A stretch of 64,000 bases of DNA from an uncultured Thermoplasmata archaeon (GTDB lineage: Archaea > Thermoplasmatota > Thermoplasmata > UBA10834): the NCBI GenBank assembly GCA_963705355.1, contig OY970070.1:1906960-1970959 (forward strand). Reading direction: 5' to 3'. The number at the start of each line of letters is the position of its first letter. The stretch's first letter is position 1. The translations under genes were made by a program, and so were the position numbers. Positions 38,007-48,471 of this stretch are shown here, piece by piece. The notes below the pieces were generated by a model. That model was not told the DNA's origin, ran no database searches, and worked only from the letters and a program-made list of their open reading frames with translations.

Positions 38007-38726
38007 ATGACCGATATGCTCTACATGAAGGATGTGGAATCGAACTACATCAAGGAGTTCGATGCCAAGGTCATCGAACGCGGCTTCGACTATGTGGTTC
38101 TTGATCGCACTGCATTCTATCCCCTCGGCGGCGGCCAACCTTCGGATACTGGTCAGCTTGTATGGCTAGGCGGGAAGGCCGAGGTCAAAGAGGTCACCAA
38201 GAAGGAAGGCGTTAGGCATCATCTCGTTCAGAACCCAGACTTGGTTCCAGAGGCTGTTCACGGAGTGCTCAACTGGGAGCGGAGGTACGCGCACATGAGG
38301 ATGCACACGGCGCAGCACATTCTCTCCGGAGTCGTGTACGATCTATACAAGGCCCGGACTGTCGGGAACCAGCTCTACCACGATCGCTCTCGGATCGACT
38401 TCGCTCCCGTGAAGTTCACGGACGAGATGGTCGCCGAGGTCGAGAGACGCACGAACGAGATCTTGGCTACGGGAGCCAAGGTTGAGATATGCACCGAGTC
38501 TCGGACCGAGATCGAGAAGAACGTCGACGTCCAGAGGGCCAACCTGGACCTTCTTCCGAAGTCCGTTCAGGAGCTGAGAGTGGTCAAGGTGGAGCAGTAC
38601 GATGTATGTCCTTGCGCCGGAACTCATGTCCGTTCCCTCTCCGAGGTCGGCAGCATGAAGGTGACGAAGCGGGAGAACAAGGGCAAGGACCGGGAACGCA
38701 TCACCTACGAGCTCGTCCGTCCCTAG
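38007..38726 (+). CDS. alaXM: Alanyl-tRNA editing protein AlaX-M
   Basis: FYPLGGGQPSDTG, HMRMHTAQH, CPCAGTHV. Confidence 0.92.
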   Translation: MTDMLYMKDVESNYIKEFDAKVIERGFDYVVLDRTAFYPLGGGQPSDTGQLVWLGGKAEVKEVTKKEGVRHHLVQNPDLVPEAVHGVLNWERRYAHMRMHTAQHILSGVVYDLYKARTVGNQLYHDRSRIDFAPVKFTDEMVAEVERRTNEILATGAKVEICTESRTEIEKNVDVQRANLDLLPKSVQELRVVKVEQYDVCPCAGTHVRSLSEVGSMKVTKRENKGKDRERITYELVRP

Positions 38727-38790
38727 GTTTCTGGGCAATCCAGCTAAACCCTTAAGTACACAGCCGTGAAATATTCGCCCCAGGGGTCAA

Positions 38791-39039
38791 ATGGTCGAAG
38801 TGCAAACCACAAACGAAGTATCAAGAATGTCGGTCTGGTTCAGCGCGGTCTTCGCCGTGATAGGCGTAGGGCTGCTCTATCTGGCTATCGCCATTTCCGG
38901 CGCGTCCGAGACAGTGAAGGTGCTTTGGGCGAGCGGTCTTTCGCTGACGGTGGCTTTCACGTTCCTGATCATATGGACAATGGCCAGGGATGCGATGAGG
39001 GTTCACGAGCGCGAATCCAGGCGAAGAATCGTTCCGTGA
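38791..39039 (+). CDS. Small two-TM protein
   Basis: Two hydrophobic helices; upstream TATA-like CTTAAGTA. Confidence 0.55.
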   Translation: MVEVQTTNEVSRMSVWFSAVFAVIGVGLLYLAIAISGASETVKVLWASGLSLTVAFTFLIIWTMARDAMRVHERESRRRIVP

Positions 39040-39052
39040 GCCTGTTCAAACC

Positions 39053-40207
39053 CTAACCTGCTTTCTTGTTCTGTCCATTGTTCTTCTCGATATCCTGAGC
39101 AGCGTCCAGCAGAAGCTCCATCAGATCGACGACTTTGGTTCCCGGAATCGTTCTGAGCTGAGTCTCGCAGAATGGGCACGAGGTCACGAGCGTCGTCGCG
39201 CCGGTCGACCTCGCCTCTGCGATCCTCTTGGATGCCAGGTCTTTCGAGAGTTTCGGGAATGCCGTCTGCAGACCAGCTCCTGCTCCACAGCACCTTGATT
39301 CGTACCTGTTGTTCGGCATCTCGACGAGAGTAGCAACTGAACTGACGATGACCCTTGGCTCCTCGAAAATGCCGCCCAGTCTTCCGAGGTGGCAGGGGTC
39401 ATGGTATGTCACCCGCTCGGTCGACTTCCTCACCTTGATCTTCCCATCTTTGACCAACTGCGCGATATCCTGTGCAGCATGCGTCACCTTGATGTTTGAT
39501 CCCGCCTTCTCAAGCGACTTCTTGAGCGTCGTGTAGCACCCAGGACATGTGGTGACGATCTTCTTCACGCCGAGTGATTCGAACTTCTTTATGTTCTCCT
39601 TCGAGAGCTCGTCGAACGCCTCTGTCTGCCCGACCCTTTGCAACGTGGAGCCGCAACACGGTTCGTCTTGTCCCATCGTCGCGAACTTCAGTCCCGCCTT
39701 CTGAAGAAGCTTCGCGCTCGCCACCAGGCTGCGGTTCAGCGGCTTTGTGACCGCGGAAGTGCATCCTGCGAAGAATAGCACTTCATGAGACCCAGGCGTG
39801 GCCTTTGGGATATTCAGCCCCTTCGACCATCTGTTTCTCGCGCTCCTCGGCTGGAACCACGGGTTGCCGTAGTTCTTGAGGCTCAGCGCGAGCGATGAGT
39901 GCTCCTTCATCGGCTCCACGCCGTGCTTGAGGAGGTATTCCCTGAATGCCTGCGTGTGCTCGGTGTTCTTGAGGGAGCACCACCTGTCGCAGTTTCCGCA
40001 GAGCGTGCACTCGAACGCTGCTTGGACGACCGCAGGCGTGATCTCGAACTTGCCCTGGAGGAGGCCGAGCATGGTTCTGTTCCTTCCCCTCATGCAAAGG
40101 GTCTTGACTTTGAGGTCCTGGTAGACTGGACAGCCCCTCTCGCAGAAACCGCAAGAGGTCCCGAAGCATGTCTCGAGCTCTTCCTTGAACTCCTCTAGGC
40201 CACTCAT
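39053..40207 (-). CDS. Fe-S oxidoreductase subunit (GlcF/HdrD-like, two CCG domains)
   Basis: CGFCERGCP, CTLCGNC, EPCCG, YHDPCHLGR, CCGAGAG. Confidence 0.88.
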   Translation of the reverse strand: MSGLEEFKEELETCFGTSCGFCERGCPVYQDLKVKTLCMRGRNRTMLGLLQGKFEITPAVVQAAFECTLCGNCDRWCSLKNTEHTQAFREYLLKHGVEPMKEHSSLALSLKNYGNPWFQPRSARNRWSKGLNIPKATPGSHEVLFFAGCTSAVTKPLNRSLVASAKLLQKAGLKFATMGQDEPCCGSTLQRVGQTEAFDELSKENIKKFESLGVKKIVTTCPGCYTTLKKSLEKAGSNIKVTHAAQDIAQLVKDGKIKVRKSTERVTYHDPCHLGRLGGIFEEPRVIVSSVATLVEMPNNRYESRCCGAGAGLQTAFPKLSKDLASKRIAEARSTGATTLVTSCPFCETQLRTIPGTKVVDLMELLLDAAQDIEKNNGQNKKAG

Positions 40208-41649
40208 TTTCGGCCGCCTTCTCTGAGGAATTTCTTGCCTGGATTGAGGATGCCCTTCGGGTCGAAGATTCTCTTCACCTCTCTCATGTACCTGAGAGAC
40301 GCCCCGTGCTCCAACTCGAGGTACGGGGCCTTCTGGTAGGTGTCGCTCATGAATGTGCTCATGGTCCCTTCGAACGCGACGGCCAACTTGCTGAGCTCAT
40401 CGTGGAACTCCCTGAATCTCCCCACCTCCTCAGCGCTTCTGTAGTCCACGAAAACGGCGCACGAAAGGGAGAAGCCGATGCTATTTGGATGCTCGAGATA
40501 CGCATTCATGCCGATGATCTCGAGTTTGTGTTTCTCGGCGATCTCGACGAACTTATGATAGAACTCCTCGAGCCTCCCCACTGGCACGCCTGGATCCGCA
40601 GCTCCGAACTTCTTCTGCTTCTGGGAGTCCGGCCATTTCTGTTTGAAGGGTTCGAAGTCGAGCGTGTACTTGGAAGCCCACCACGCCTCAACGATCTCAC
40701 GTTCTTCGACCAATTGCCCTTCGAAGTCCTTCGCGATCCTGAGCGCATAGCTTCTCTGCATATCCACAACTTCGGAATCGCCTGCGAATGCGATTGCCAG
40801 AAGAGCCTCCGCCCACGCCGGAATCTCCGGGTCTTTTCCGTACTTCTGCCTGTAGCTGTGTGTGTAGAACTTCAGTCTCCTCTTGCAGTTGATGTGAGCA
40901 GCCTCTATGCACAGGCCGGCCTTCAACAGCCTGCTCAGATAATCCACAGCCGCTCCCATTCTTGGAAAGACAAGCATGTCCACCTTGCGTGATGCGGGGA
41001 TCGGCTCGAGCTTGAGCGTAGCTTCGGTGATGACGCCAAGAGTGCCCTCGCTTCCGGCTAGAAGGTCTTTGAGCTTGTACCCGGACGATGTGAAGTGGGC
41101 CTTCCTGTGGCCCAGCTCTAGGACCTCGCCTGTCCCTGTGACTATCTCCGCGCTCAGAAGGCAGTTGAGTATCTTACCGTACCTGACGCCGAATGTGGAA
41201 TCGTTGTCGCAGGCTATCGCCGAGCCGACCGTGCTGACCCATTTCGACTCGGGTTGGTGTGGAAGCCACAGGTCGTATGGCTGGATGGCGTCATTGACTT
41301 CCTGGAGGGTCGCCCCGGCCTGGACTCTCACAGTCTGGTTCTTAGCGTCGATCTCGATGACTGAGTTCAGCGTCGTGGTATCGATGTATATGCCTCCGTA
41401 GATTGGCACAGCGCCGCCCAGCATTCCAGTGAGCCCGCCCCCTGCGGTCACCGGGATCTCATGGGCATATGCGATCTTGACTATCCTTTGAACATCTCTC
41501 GTAGTCCTCGGCAGAACGACGACATCTGGCGGGACGAATTCGTCGGGAGTCCTGGGGCTCCAGTCAGCGCCATAAACGAACTTCTCCGAAGGGTCCGTGA
41601 GGACTTTCTCCTTCCCCAGAGCCGTTACGAGCTCGTCGATGTAGGACAT
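40204..41649 (-). CDS. FAD-binding oxidoreductase (GlcD-like)
   Basis: GGLTGMLGGAVP, GSEGTLGVITE, EHG, FDPKGILNPGK; true start MSYIDEL at 41649. Confidence 0.88.
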   Translation of the reverse strand: MSYIDELVTALGKEKVLTDPSEKFVYGADWSPRTPDEFVPPDVVVLPRTTRDVQRIVKIAYAHEIPVTAGGGLTGMLGGAVPIYGGIYIDTTTLNSVIEIDAKNQTVRVQAGATLQEVNDAIQPYDLWLPHQPESKWVSTVGSAIACDNDSTFGVRYGKILNCLLSAEIVTGTGEVLELGHRKAHFTSSGYKLKDLLAGSEGTLGVITEATLKLEPIPASRKVDMLVFPRMGAAVDYLSRLLKAGLCIEAAHINCKRRLKFYTHSYRQKYGKDPEIPAWAEALLAIAFAGDSEVVDMQRSYALRIAKDFEGQLVEEREIVEAWWASKYTLDFEPFKQKWPDSQKQKKFGAADPGVPVGRLEEFYHKFVEIAEKHKLEIIGMNAYLEHPNSIGFSLSCAVFVDYRSAEEVGRFREFHDELSKLAVAFEGTMSTFMSDTYQKAPYLELEHGASLRYMREVKRIFDPKGILNPGKKFLREGGRK

Positions 41650-41793
41650 ATCCGCTTGCTTGTCAGCGGAGTGCCCATACAAAAGCTTGATTGATGTACA
41701 GTACTGTGCTTTCGATTCCGCAATTCTGAACGGGCAAGGATTCAATACCCTACCTCCGCATTCGAGGCATCGGGAAAAAGCTGGTGCGATGCT

Positions 41794-42690
41794 ATGTCTG
41801 AACAGGATTTGGGAAGCGGCTTGCTGTACGGCCTGAAGATGCCTTCTTCCTATACCGCGCTGGAAGAGAAATCGATCAAGACGATCAACGAGGGTCTCGA
41901 GAGGCATCCTAACGCGCTCAGGGTGTTCAATATGCTCCAGAGCGACGAGGAAACGAACACATATCTGAGCCTCGCGAACTACATAGCCGTTCGGAAGCTG
42001 GGCTACAACGACCATGGCCCGCTCCACGCTCGGATCGTCACCGCAAACGGCGTCAGGCTGCTCAGGATCATTTTGGACAGCAAGCAACTGCAGGTCGATT
42101 CGATCAGCGGCCTGGGGATGTCGGAGGATGACGCCTATGTCATCATTGTTGCTGGCTGCATGTTGCACGACATCGGAAATGCGGTTCACCGGGAGGAGCA
42201 CGAGATCTTCAGTGTCATTCTCGCGAAGGGGATTCTCGAGAGGCTGCTCCCTGCGATATATCCGGACCTGCCAAAGAGAACTGCCGTGATAGAGCAGATT
42301 CTCCATGCGCTCTATGCTCACGATGTCGGCGAGAATGCGCTCACAATCGAGAGTGCGATCGTTGTCATCGCAGACGGGTGCGACATAACGAAAGGCAGAG
42401 GTAGGTTGTCTTTCGACCTGGGCAAACACGATATCCACTCTATCTCTGCTCTTTCGATCGAGTCTGTAGACATCCACAAGGGCAAGACGAAGTTGGTCGA
42501 GATAGAGGTCAACATGTCCAACTCGGCTGGGATTTACCAAGTCCAGGAGACTCTTGCGAACAAGGTCGCGAAGAGCGTCCTGAGAGACTATGTCGAGATC
42601 GTTGCGGAACTCACTCCGTCGAAGACGCCGCCTGAACTCAGGATCCTGGACAGAATTGTCTTCTCTGACGGCAAGTACAAGAACGTCTAG
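41794..42690 (+). CDS. HD-domain phosphohydrolase
   Basis: GYNDHGPLH, LHDIGN.VHR..H, ADGCD. Confidence 0.88.
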   Translation: MSEQDLGSGLLYGLKMPSSYTALEEKSIKTINEGLERHPNALRVFNMLQSDEETNTYLSLANYIAVRKLGYNDHGPLHARIVTANGVRLLRIILDSKQLQVDSISGLGMSEDDAYVIIVAGCMLHDIGNAVHREEHEIFSVILAKGILERLLPAIYPDLPKRTAVIEQILHALYAHDVGENALTIESAIVVIADGCDITKGRGRLSFDLGKHDIHSISALSIESVDIHKGKTKLVEIEVNMSNSAGIYQVQETLANKVAKSVLRDYVEIVAELTPSKTPPELRILDRIVFSDGKYKNV

Positions 42691-43547
42691 AGCGAGAAGA
42701 GCGGTACTGAGATGAAGAGCATCGCAAGCGCGATGATCTGTCTCAGGTTCAGCTGTTCTCTCAATCTCACCTTGGCAGCAGCGATCGTGACCAGAGGATA
42801 TAGGTTCGTTATCGGAGACACGATAGAGACATTGCCGTTCTGGATTGCAAGGTACAGCGTGATGCCGCCGCCAGCGAGGCACAGAAAGGAGAGTTCGAGC
42901 AACCATACATTCGATTTTGGCCTCTCGAACTTCGCCTTTTCGCGGGCGAGCCAATAGGCGACCCAGATCGATGGACAGACGAGGGCATAGACTCCGATGA
43001 AGTTGGTATCACCGATGTCGGATATCACGCCCTTGGCCATCGCGGCAGATGTCCCCCAGAAGAAGAGCGAGGCAATTGCAAACGCGATCCCCAATAGTTC
43101 GGTCTTCTTCTTGTCATTGCTCCCGTTCCCAGTGGCGTATGTGAATACCAGCATGCTGGTGACGACGAGAACGACGCCGGCTCCCTCACTGAGGCTCATG
43201 GTCTCCCCAAGGAATACAAGCGCAAGCAGGACTGTCCAGGGCGCATAGGCCCCGGCGATCGTACCGACGATGCTGACCTTCCCATGCTTGAGCGATTCAT
43301 AGTATGTCACAAATGCCGCTCCAGAGAGCGCAGCAGCTCCAGCCGCCCGAAGCCATGTTTCAGCAGGGAATGATCCGGGCTCTCTGAACAGAAGCCAATA
43401 GGCGAGCCAGATCACGAAGATGTTGCCACCCAGCAGCAGCAGGATATTGGCCGATGAGACGTTGGTCCTTGTCTCCTTGGCAAGCACCTGGCCAAAGCCA
43501 TACATGATTATAGTTGCGATTGAAAAGGGCAGCCAGAGGAGCTCCAT
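42687..43547 (-). CDS. EamA/DMT family transporter
   Basis: Ten TM helices in two repeats (G.VSIV..I...Y). Confidence 0.85.
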   Translation of the reverse strand: MELLWLPFSIATIIMYGFGQVLAKETRTNVSSANILLLLGGNIFVIWLAYWLLFREPGSFPAETWLRAAGAAALSGAAFVTYYESLKHGKVSIVGTIAGAYAPWTVLLALVFLGETMSLSEGAGVVLVVTSMLVFTYATGNGSNDKKKTELLGIAFAIASLFFWGTSAAMAKGVISDIGDTNFIGVYALVCPSIWVAYWLAREKAKFERPKSNVWLLELSFLCLAGGGITLYLAIQNGNVSIVSPITNLYPLVTIAAAKVRLREQLNLRQIIALAMLFISVPLFSL

Positions 43548-43587
43548 GATGCGCTCGCATGTGCAAGGCCTAGATATATCTTTTCAG

Positions 43588-43842
43588 TCATGTGAGTTCT
43601 TTGGCTCTTGCATTCTTCTCGAAGAGGGTCCTCCCTCTGTAGTCTATTCTTAGGATGCGGTGATACGGAATAGTCGCTTCATCCGTTTCGAAGAAGGCTC
43701 TTCCGAGCGAATTGATGTTGGCTCCCGTGATCTTCTTCGCATCCCCTGGTGCGCCTCTGTGGATATACCAGATCACCGCTTCTTCCAGGGACGCGCCCTC
43801 AGTCCAACGGAGCCGGTTGAGCACGTCTCTCGGGTAGACCAT
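43588..43842 (-). CDS. DUF504/MJ1316-like protein
   Basis: RDVLNRLRW, YIHRGAPG, IPYHRI. Confidence 0.82.
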   Translation of the reverse strand: MVYPRDVLNRLRWTEGASLEEAVIWYIHRGAPGDAKKITGANINSLGRAFFETDEATIPYHRILRIDYRGRTLFEKNARAKELT

Positions 43843-43938
43843 CGTGGAAGTGAGGTGCGACAAGAAGATATCATGATTTCGACGCGAGAGCGAAGTGAAA
43901 TGAAAATAAAATTGAAGGAAAGAGATTTCTCGATCGCC

Positions 43939-45135
43939 CTAGAGCTGCTTCAACTTCTCTTCGATCTTGTTAGCCAAGTCCGCAACTTTGTCGAACTCGG
44001 CTTGCTTTGGCGGACCCTTGACTTCGACTACTCCGAGCACTTCCAGCTTCGAGCCCTCAAGCAATGCCTGGATCTGCTTCACGGCGCCGCCAGACCATCC
44101 GAACGAGGTGAGGACGGCACCGTACTTCGTGGGCGCCCTCAATGTCTTCACTAACAGAGTCGCGTAGGCCGCGACTGGGTGAACGCCTCCCAGGACGGTT
44201 GGGCCTCCGACCACGACAACCGGGGTGTCAACCAATTCCTTGGCGACGTGCCCGATCTCTGTGTTTGTGAGGTCGAACACGTTGACCGAGATCCCCTTCT
44301 TGACAAGCGCCTCATTGAGTGCCTTCACCATCTTCTCGGTGCTGCCCCACATGCTCACGTAGGCAATCATCACTTTCTTTTCCATCTTCTCGGAGGTCCA
44401 CTTTATGTATTCGTCCAGTATGACCTTTGGATCCCTCCAGATGACTCCGTGCGAAGGGGCGATCATCTTCGGACCGAGCTTGTTGACCTTCTCTATTGCG
44501 TTCTGGCCGGGCTTCCTGAACGGCATCATGATCTCGGCGAAGTACAGCTTCGCCATGTCCAGCGATTCCGCATCCCCGTACTCGTCTGCGAAGAACGCTC
44601 CGACTGCGAGGTGCGAGCCGAAGAAGTCACAGGGGAAGAGGATCTTGTCTTCCTCGAGATATGTGAATATCGTCTCCGGCCAGTGAAGCCACGGAGCATC
44701 GACAAACCTCAGGGTCTTCCCGCCCAGATCGATCCGCGAATTCTCATCCACAACCTCGATCCTGGCGGCATCGATGTCAAAGTACATCATCGCCGCCTCT
44801 TTTCCCTTCGCGCCCGCGACGAGCTTCGCGTTCTTCGCGATGCTCAGCATATGTTTCGCCGCATTCGCGTGGTCTGGCTCAGCGTGATTCATTATGACAT
44901 AGTCGATCTTGGTCGGATCCACATGCTGAGCGATCTTGTCGACGAGTTCCTGCTCGAAGCCAGGATTGACCGTGTCGATGAGGGCTATCTTGCTTTTTCC
45001 GACGATCAAATAGGCGTTGTAGCTCGTCCCGTGCGGTAGCGGGATCAATCCGTCGAAAAGCCTCCTGTTGTAGTGCTTGACCCCCACCCAATAGACGTCG
45101 GGGGCAATGGCTATTGTTCCCATTGTCTTGGCCAT
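43939..45135 (-). CDS. fprA: Flavodiiron protein (A-type flavoprotein)
   Basis: GTSYNAYL, HAEPDH, HWPE, PSHG, flavodoxin SMWGST. Confidence 0.93.
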   Translation of the reverse strand: MAKTMGTIAIAPDVYWVGVKHYNRRLFDGLIPLPHGTSYNAYLIVGKSKIALIDTVNPGFEQELVDKIAQHVDPTKIDYVIMNHAEPDHANAAKHMLSIAKNAKLVAGAKGKEAAMMYFDIDAARIEVVDENSRIDLGGKTLRFVDAPWLHWPETIFTYLEEDKILFPCDFFGSHLAVGAFFADEYGDAESLDMAKLYFAEIMMPFRKPGQNAIEKVNKLGPKMIAPSHGVIWRDPKVILDEYIKWTSEKMEKKVMIAYVSMWGSTEKMVKALNEALVKKGISVNVFDLTNTEIGHVAKELVDTPVVVVGGPTVLGGVHPVAAYATLLVKTLRAPTKYGAVLTSFGWSGGAVKQIQALLEGSKLEVLGVVEVKGPPKQAEFDKVADLANKIEEKLKQL

Positions 45136-45372
45136 GATTTTAGCCTCCTGGGTCCGCGAATGTTTCAGGGGTTATTAGACTTGGCGACGTCTGCGTTTGA
45201 ATAGCATCTCAGCTGTCTGGAATTCCCTCTCGTCTTCCTTCGCTCATGAGGGCCCAACAATCGAGATGGTCAAGAAGGTTATTTATTCTGAAAGTAGTTG
45301 GCGAGGTCAGAGTGGAAGAGCCTTGGACGCGGCCATCTGCTGAAGGGCCTTCTCGCGCAAGGTGATAGCATC

Positions 45373-45903
45373 ATGGATCTGAAGACAAAGATCAGGTGGA
45401 TTCCTGAGCACAAGGGAGTTGTCTTCTGGGACATCACGCCGTTGCTGAAGGACAGGCACGCGTTCAGAGAATGCGTCAGAGGATTGGCCGATCACTACAG
45501 GGACGCGCGCATCGATGTCGTGGTCTCCAACGAGGCCAGAGGTTTCATCATCGGAGCACCTGTTGCCCATGAACTCGGCGTCGGGTTCGTGCCCATCAGG
45601 AAGAAAGGCAAACTGCCGCACAAGGTCGCGAGTCTGAGCTACATCAAGGAATATGAGTCAGACGTGATCGAAATTCACGAAGACGCGATAAAGCCCGGCG
45701 ACAGGGTTCTTCTCATAGACGACTTGTTGGCGACTGGAGGGACCATCAAAGCGAATGCCGACTTGGTGGAGAAGCTGGGCGGCAAGGTTGTGGGGATGGG
45801 CTTCCTCGTCGAGCTGGAGTACCTGCGCCCGAGAGAGTACTTGGGCGGGAAGTACGACGTCTTCTCTCTCATCAGCTGCAAGACGACCACCGAGCAGGGC
45901 TGA
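45373..45903 (+). CDS. apt: Adenine phosphoribosyltransferase
   Basis: F.DITPLL, EARGFI.G, RKKGKLP, DDLLATGGT. Confidence 0.92.
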   Translation: MDLKTKIRWIPEHKGVVFWDITPLLKDRHAFRECVRGLADHYRDARIDVVVSNEARGFIIGAPVAHELGVGFVPIRKKGKLPHKVASLSYIKEYESDVIEIHEDAIKPGDRVLLIDDLLATGGTIKANADLVEKLGGKVVGMGFLVELEYLRPREYLGGKYDVFSLISCKTTTEQG

Positions 45904-46029
45904 GAGGTCTGCTTCCAGGGATCCAGCGACTCCGCTGTTCAACATGACTTCAAGTTTGTGGATGCTCCAAGTTCGTCCGAGCACAGCCGAGAAAGAAGGT
46001 TTAATATCTGGTCCGTGATTGCACAATCC

Positions 46030-46593
46030 ATGGCTCTTGAAGCGCTGAAATCGTCACTTCTTGATTCTCCTGTCGTGAAGCGCGGCGACTATGACTATGA
46101 CTATCTGGTGCACCCGATAACGGATGGCATACCATCCATCGACCCTGCGATCCTGAAGGAGGTCACGGATGCGATCATGGAAATCGGCAATTTCGACTGC
46201 GACATGATCACAACGATCGAGGCCCTCGGCATACCGCTCGCAACGTGCCTTTCATTGAGGACTGGCAAGCCTTTCAACATCGTCAGGAAGAAGATGTACG
46301 GACTCCCTGGCGAGGTCAGCATAACCCAGGTCACGGGCTACTCGAAATCCGCACTCTTCATCAACGGACTGAAGGCGGGGGATAGTGTAGTGATCGTTGA
46401 CGACGTTGTCAGCACTGGCGGGACGCTTTGGGCGCTCGTTGAGGCTCTCAAGTCCATGCAGGTCAAGATCGTCGACATCATCGTGGTGATCGAGAAGACG
46501 GACAAGAAAGCAGAGCTCGAGAGGAAGATCGGCATGCCTATCAAGACCCTGGTCAAGGTCGATATCGTCAACGGCAAGGTTCGTGTGCTTTGA
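46030..46593 (+). CDS. hpt: Archaeal hypoxanthine/guanine phosphoribosyltransferase
   Basis: Y.Y.VHPITDGIP, Q.TGYSKS, DDVVSTGGT. Confidence 0.88.
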   Translation: MALEALKSSLLDSPVVKRGDYDYDYLVHPITDGIPSIDPAILKEVTDAIMEIGNFDCDMITTIEALGIPLATCLSLRTGKPFNIVRKKMYGLPGEVSITQVTGYSKSALFINGLKAGDSVVIVDDVVSTGGTLWALVEALKSMQVKIVDIIVVIEKTDKKAELERKIGMPIKTLVKVDIVNGKVRVL

Positions 46594-46729
46594 TTCTTGA
46601 TGGCTAATTTTGGTTCATTATCCTAAGGAACCGCTCTCATGTTGGACAATAAATGAACACTATCCGCAAGCCTCGCGAATACTTACTGCAGTGCGCGCGC
46701 GCATCAACGATTCCACTAATCTGTGACGC

Positions 46730-48130
46730 GTGTCTGGGCTAGGCCTGCTTCTATCACTTGGGCTTTCGACCGTTGCGGGATTCTCGGTGGGCTTCCTTGC
46801 GGGGCTCGTGCCGGGGCTTCATATGAACAACATCGCTGCCGCCCTGACTGCCTATGGGGGCGCGTCTGTCATGGCCTTCGGGGCACTTGGCGCTGCATTA
46901 GGAGAATGCGAAAACGCTCTTCTGATCTCCTGTTTCATTTCCGCAGCACTGATTGCTCATCTGTTTGCAGAGTCGATTACCTCGACGTATGTCGGGATTC
47001 CATCGGAGGACGTGGTCTCTGTCCTTCCCGCGCACAGACTAGCTATGGCCGGTCTGGGGCCAACCGCTGTCAGGTCCTCAGCCGATGGCGCTTTGGCAGG
47101 AGTCATTGTTTCGGCAGTACTTCTGTTCCCCATCTGCATCGTGATGGGACCGCCACTGGGGATCTACGAGGTTCTGAGGAAGATCATGGCTTTCATCATC
47201 ATCTTCTTCTCAGCCGTGCTTCTTCTCTCCGAGGGTTTTTCAGGCCTCCGATGCAGACCTAGAGATCGGCGTCCACTTCGCAAAACCATGAATGCCTGCG
47301 TGATCTTCCTGTTGGCTGGCATTCTGGGTACGATAGTCTTTAGGACGAACTACTGCGCGTGTCACATTCCCGATATGCCATGGTTGCCTGGTGATTTCGT
47401 GCCGAGATCATCGTTGCTTCTCCCGATGTTCGCCGGCCTCTTTGGGATCCCCGGCCTTTTATTGAGTTTCGGGTCTAGGGCGGTCTTCGACATCGACCGC
47501 AACTCCGTCGGCTCGATTGTGCATCAGGCGCGATCCGGCGATTTCATCCTGTCCTCAGTCGGCGGCATCATTGTCGGATGGCTCCCGGGAATGACATCAG
47601 GGTCCGCCGCGACGCTTTGCGTTCCGACAGCAGGAGAAGTCAACCAGAATGACGAGGTGGGAAGCTCTCTTCGATTCATCTGGCTCTACTCATCCATCTC
47701 GGCTGCGGGAGCGGTATTTGCTGTCGGCGCGCTGTTCGTCATAGGGCGCGCAAGAAGCGGGTCTATGGATGCAGTCGCCTTCTTCCTGGGCGACGATGCC
47801 ATGACGAGCTCCATGACTTCCAACATCCTCCCAATCCTCTCTATCCTGCTTGCGATGATCCTTTCCGCCTTGGTTTCTCACAGCGTCCTCGTCAGATTTC
47901 AGTCCGGGCTCTCGAACCTGCGCAGATTCCTTTGCTCGAAGGAGCTCGCCCTCGCCTCGCTGTTGTTCGTTGCTTCCCTGTCGATCGTTTTGACTGGGAC
48001 TCGGGGTGCTCTCCTGATGGCAACCTCAGCCATCCTCGGCCTTATCCCACCTTTGACCGGCGTCCGCAGAATACAGTTGATGGGATGCCTGCTGGTGCCT
48101 ATAGCGACCCTCTTGCTGTCCATGCTGTGA
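46730..48130 (+). CDS. TctA-like (DUF112) membrane protein
   Basis: GLVPGLH.N, SVLPAHRL, LLPMFAGLFG.P, GWLPG, LMGCLLVP. Confidence 0.8.
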   Translation: MSGLGLLLSLGLSTVAGFSVGFLAGLVPGLHMNNIAAALTAYGGASVMAFGALGAALGECENALLISCFISAALIAHLFAESITSTYVGIPSEDVVSVLPAHRLAMAGLGPTAVRSSADGALAGVIVSAVLLFPICIVMGPPLGIYEVLRKIMAFIIIFFSAVLLLSEGFSGLRCRPRDRRPLRKTMNACVIFLLAGILGTIVFRTNYCACHIPDMPWLPGDFVPRSSLLLPMFAGLFGIPGLLLSFGSRAVFDIDRNSVGSIVHQARSGDFILSSVGGIIVGWLPGMTSGSAATLCVPTAGEVNQNDEVGSSLRFIWLYSSISAAGAVFAVGALFVIGRARSGSMDAVAFFLGDDAMTSSMTSNILPILSILLAMILSALVSHSVLVRFQSGLSNLRRFLCSKELALASLLFVASLSIVLTGTRGALLMATSAILGLIPPLTGVRRIQLMGCLLVPIATLLLSML

Positions 48131-48169
48131 TCTGATGGTCGTTGATTGGAAACGGAGCAGATGTTATCA

Positions 48170-48317
48170 GAGGAAGGGGCCGCCTTACTCCCCCCGAATT
48201 TGCAGTACCCGGCTTGGGAGCTCTTTCCTCGGCCTTGTTAGTCGCCCTTACCGGACGGAGGTCGAGGAACAATATGAGCCCCGTTGGGCATCCTGCCCAA
48301 GGCGGTCTCCCTTCCTC
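48170..48317. ncRNA. Candidate multi-stem structured RNA (unassigned)
   Basis: About 17-bp closing stem (48170-86/48299-317) enclosing three further stems. Confidence 0.5.
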
Positions 48318-48322
48318 CTTTA

Positions 48323-48463
48323 TCGTCAGTTGAGATCCGAGGAGTTCATCAGAGCCAGGGCAACTTATGAAGTCGCGAACACCAGTACCGCTGTCGGTAT
48401 TGCTAGCATTGCGCACTTCGACCCCAGCAAATCAGTCTCCCCCTTTTGTGTGCTCATCACCCG
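48323..48463 (-). ncRNA. Candidate box C/D sRNA with long internal stem
   Basis: GTGATGA (48460-54), CTGA (48435-32), CTGATGA (48352-46), CTGA (48329-26); TATA CTATATAG at 48477-84. Confidence 0.55.
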
Positions 48464-48471
48464 TTTCGACG

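Noticed and set aside
40204..42954. 916-aa ORF in the track
   Set aside because: Only 41649-40204 has GlcD motifs; the upstream 435 codons are the antisense shadow of the HD-domain gene.
45301..45372. Possible purine/PRPP riboswitch in the apt leader
   Set aside because: Only an imperfect stem (GAAGAGCCTT/AAGGGCCTTC); no recognisable aptamer consensus.
48149..48467. RNase P RNA or SRP RNA
   Set aside because: Size fits, but I could not find the P4 GAGGAA.GUCC...CAGAA pairing or the SRP helix-8 CAGG..CGGAAG..AGCA motif on either strand.
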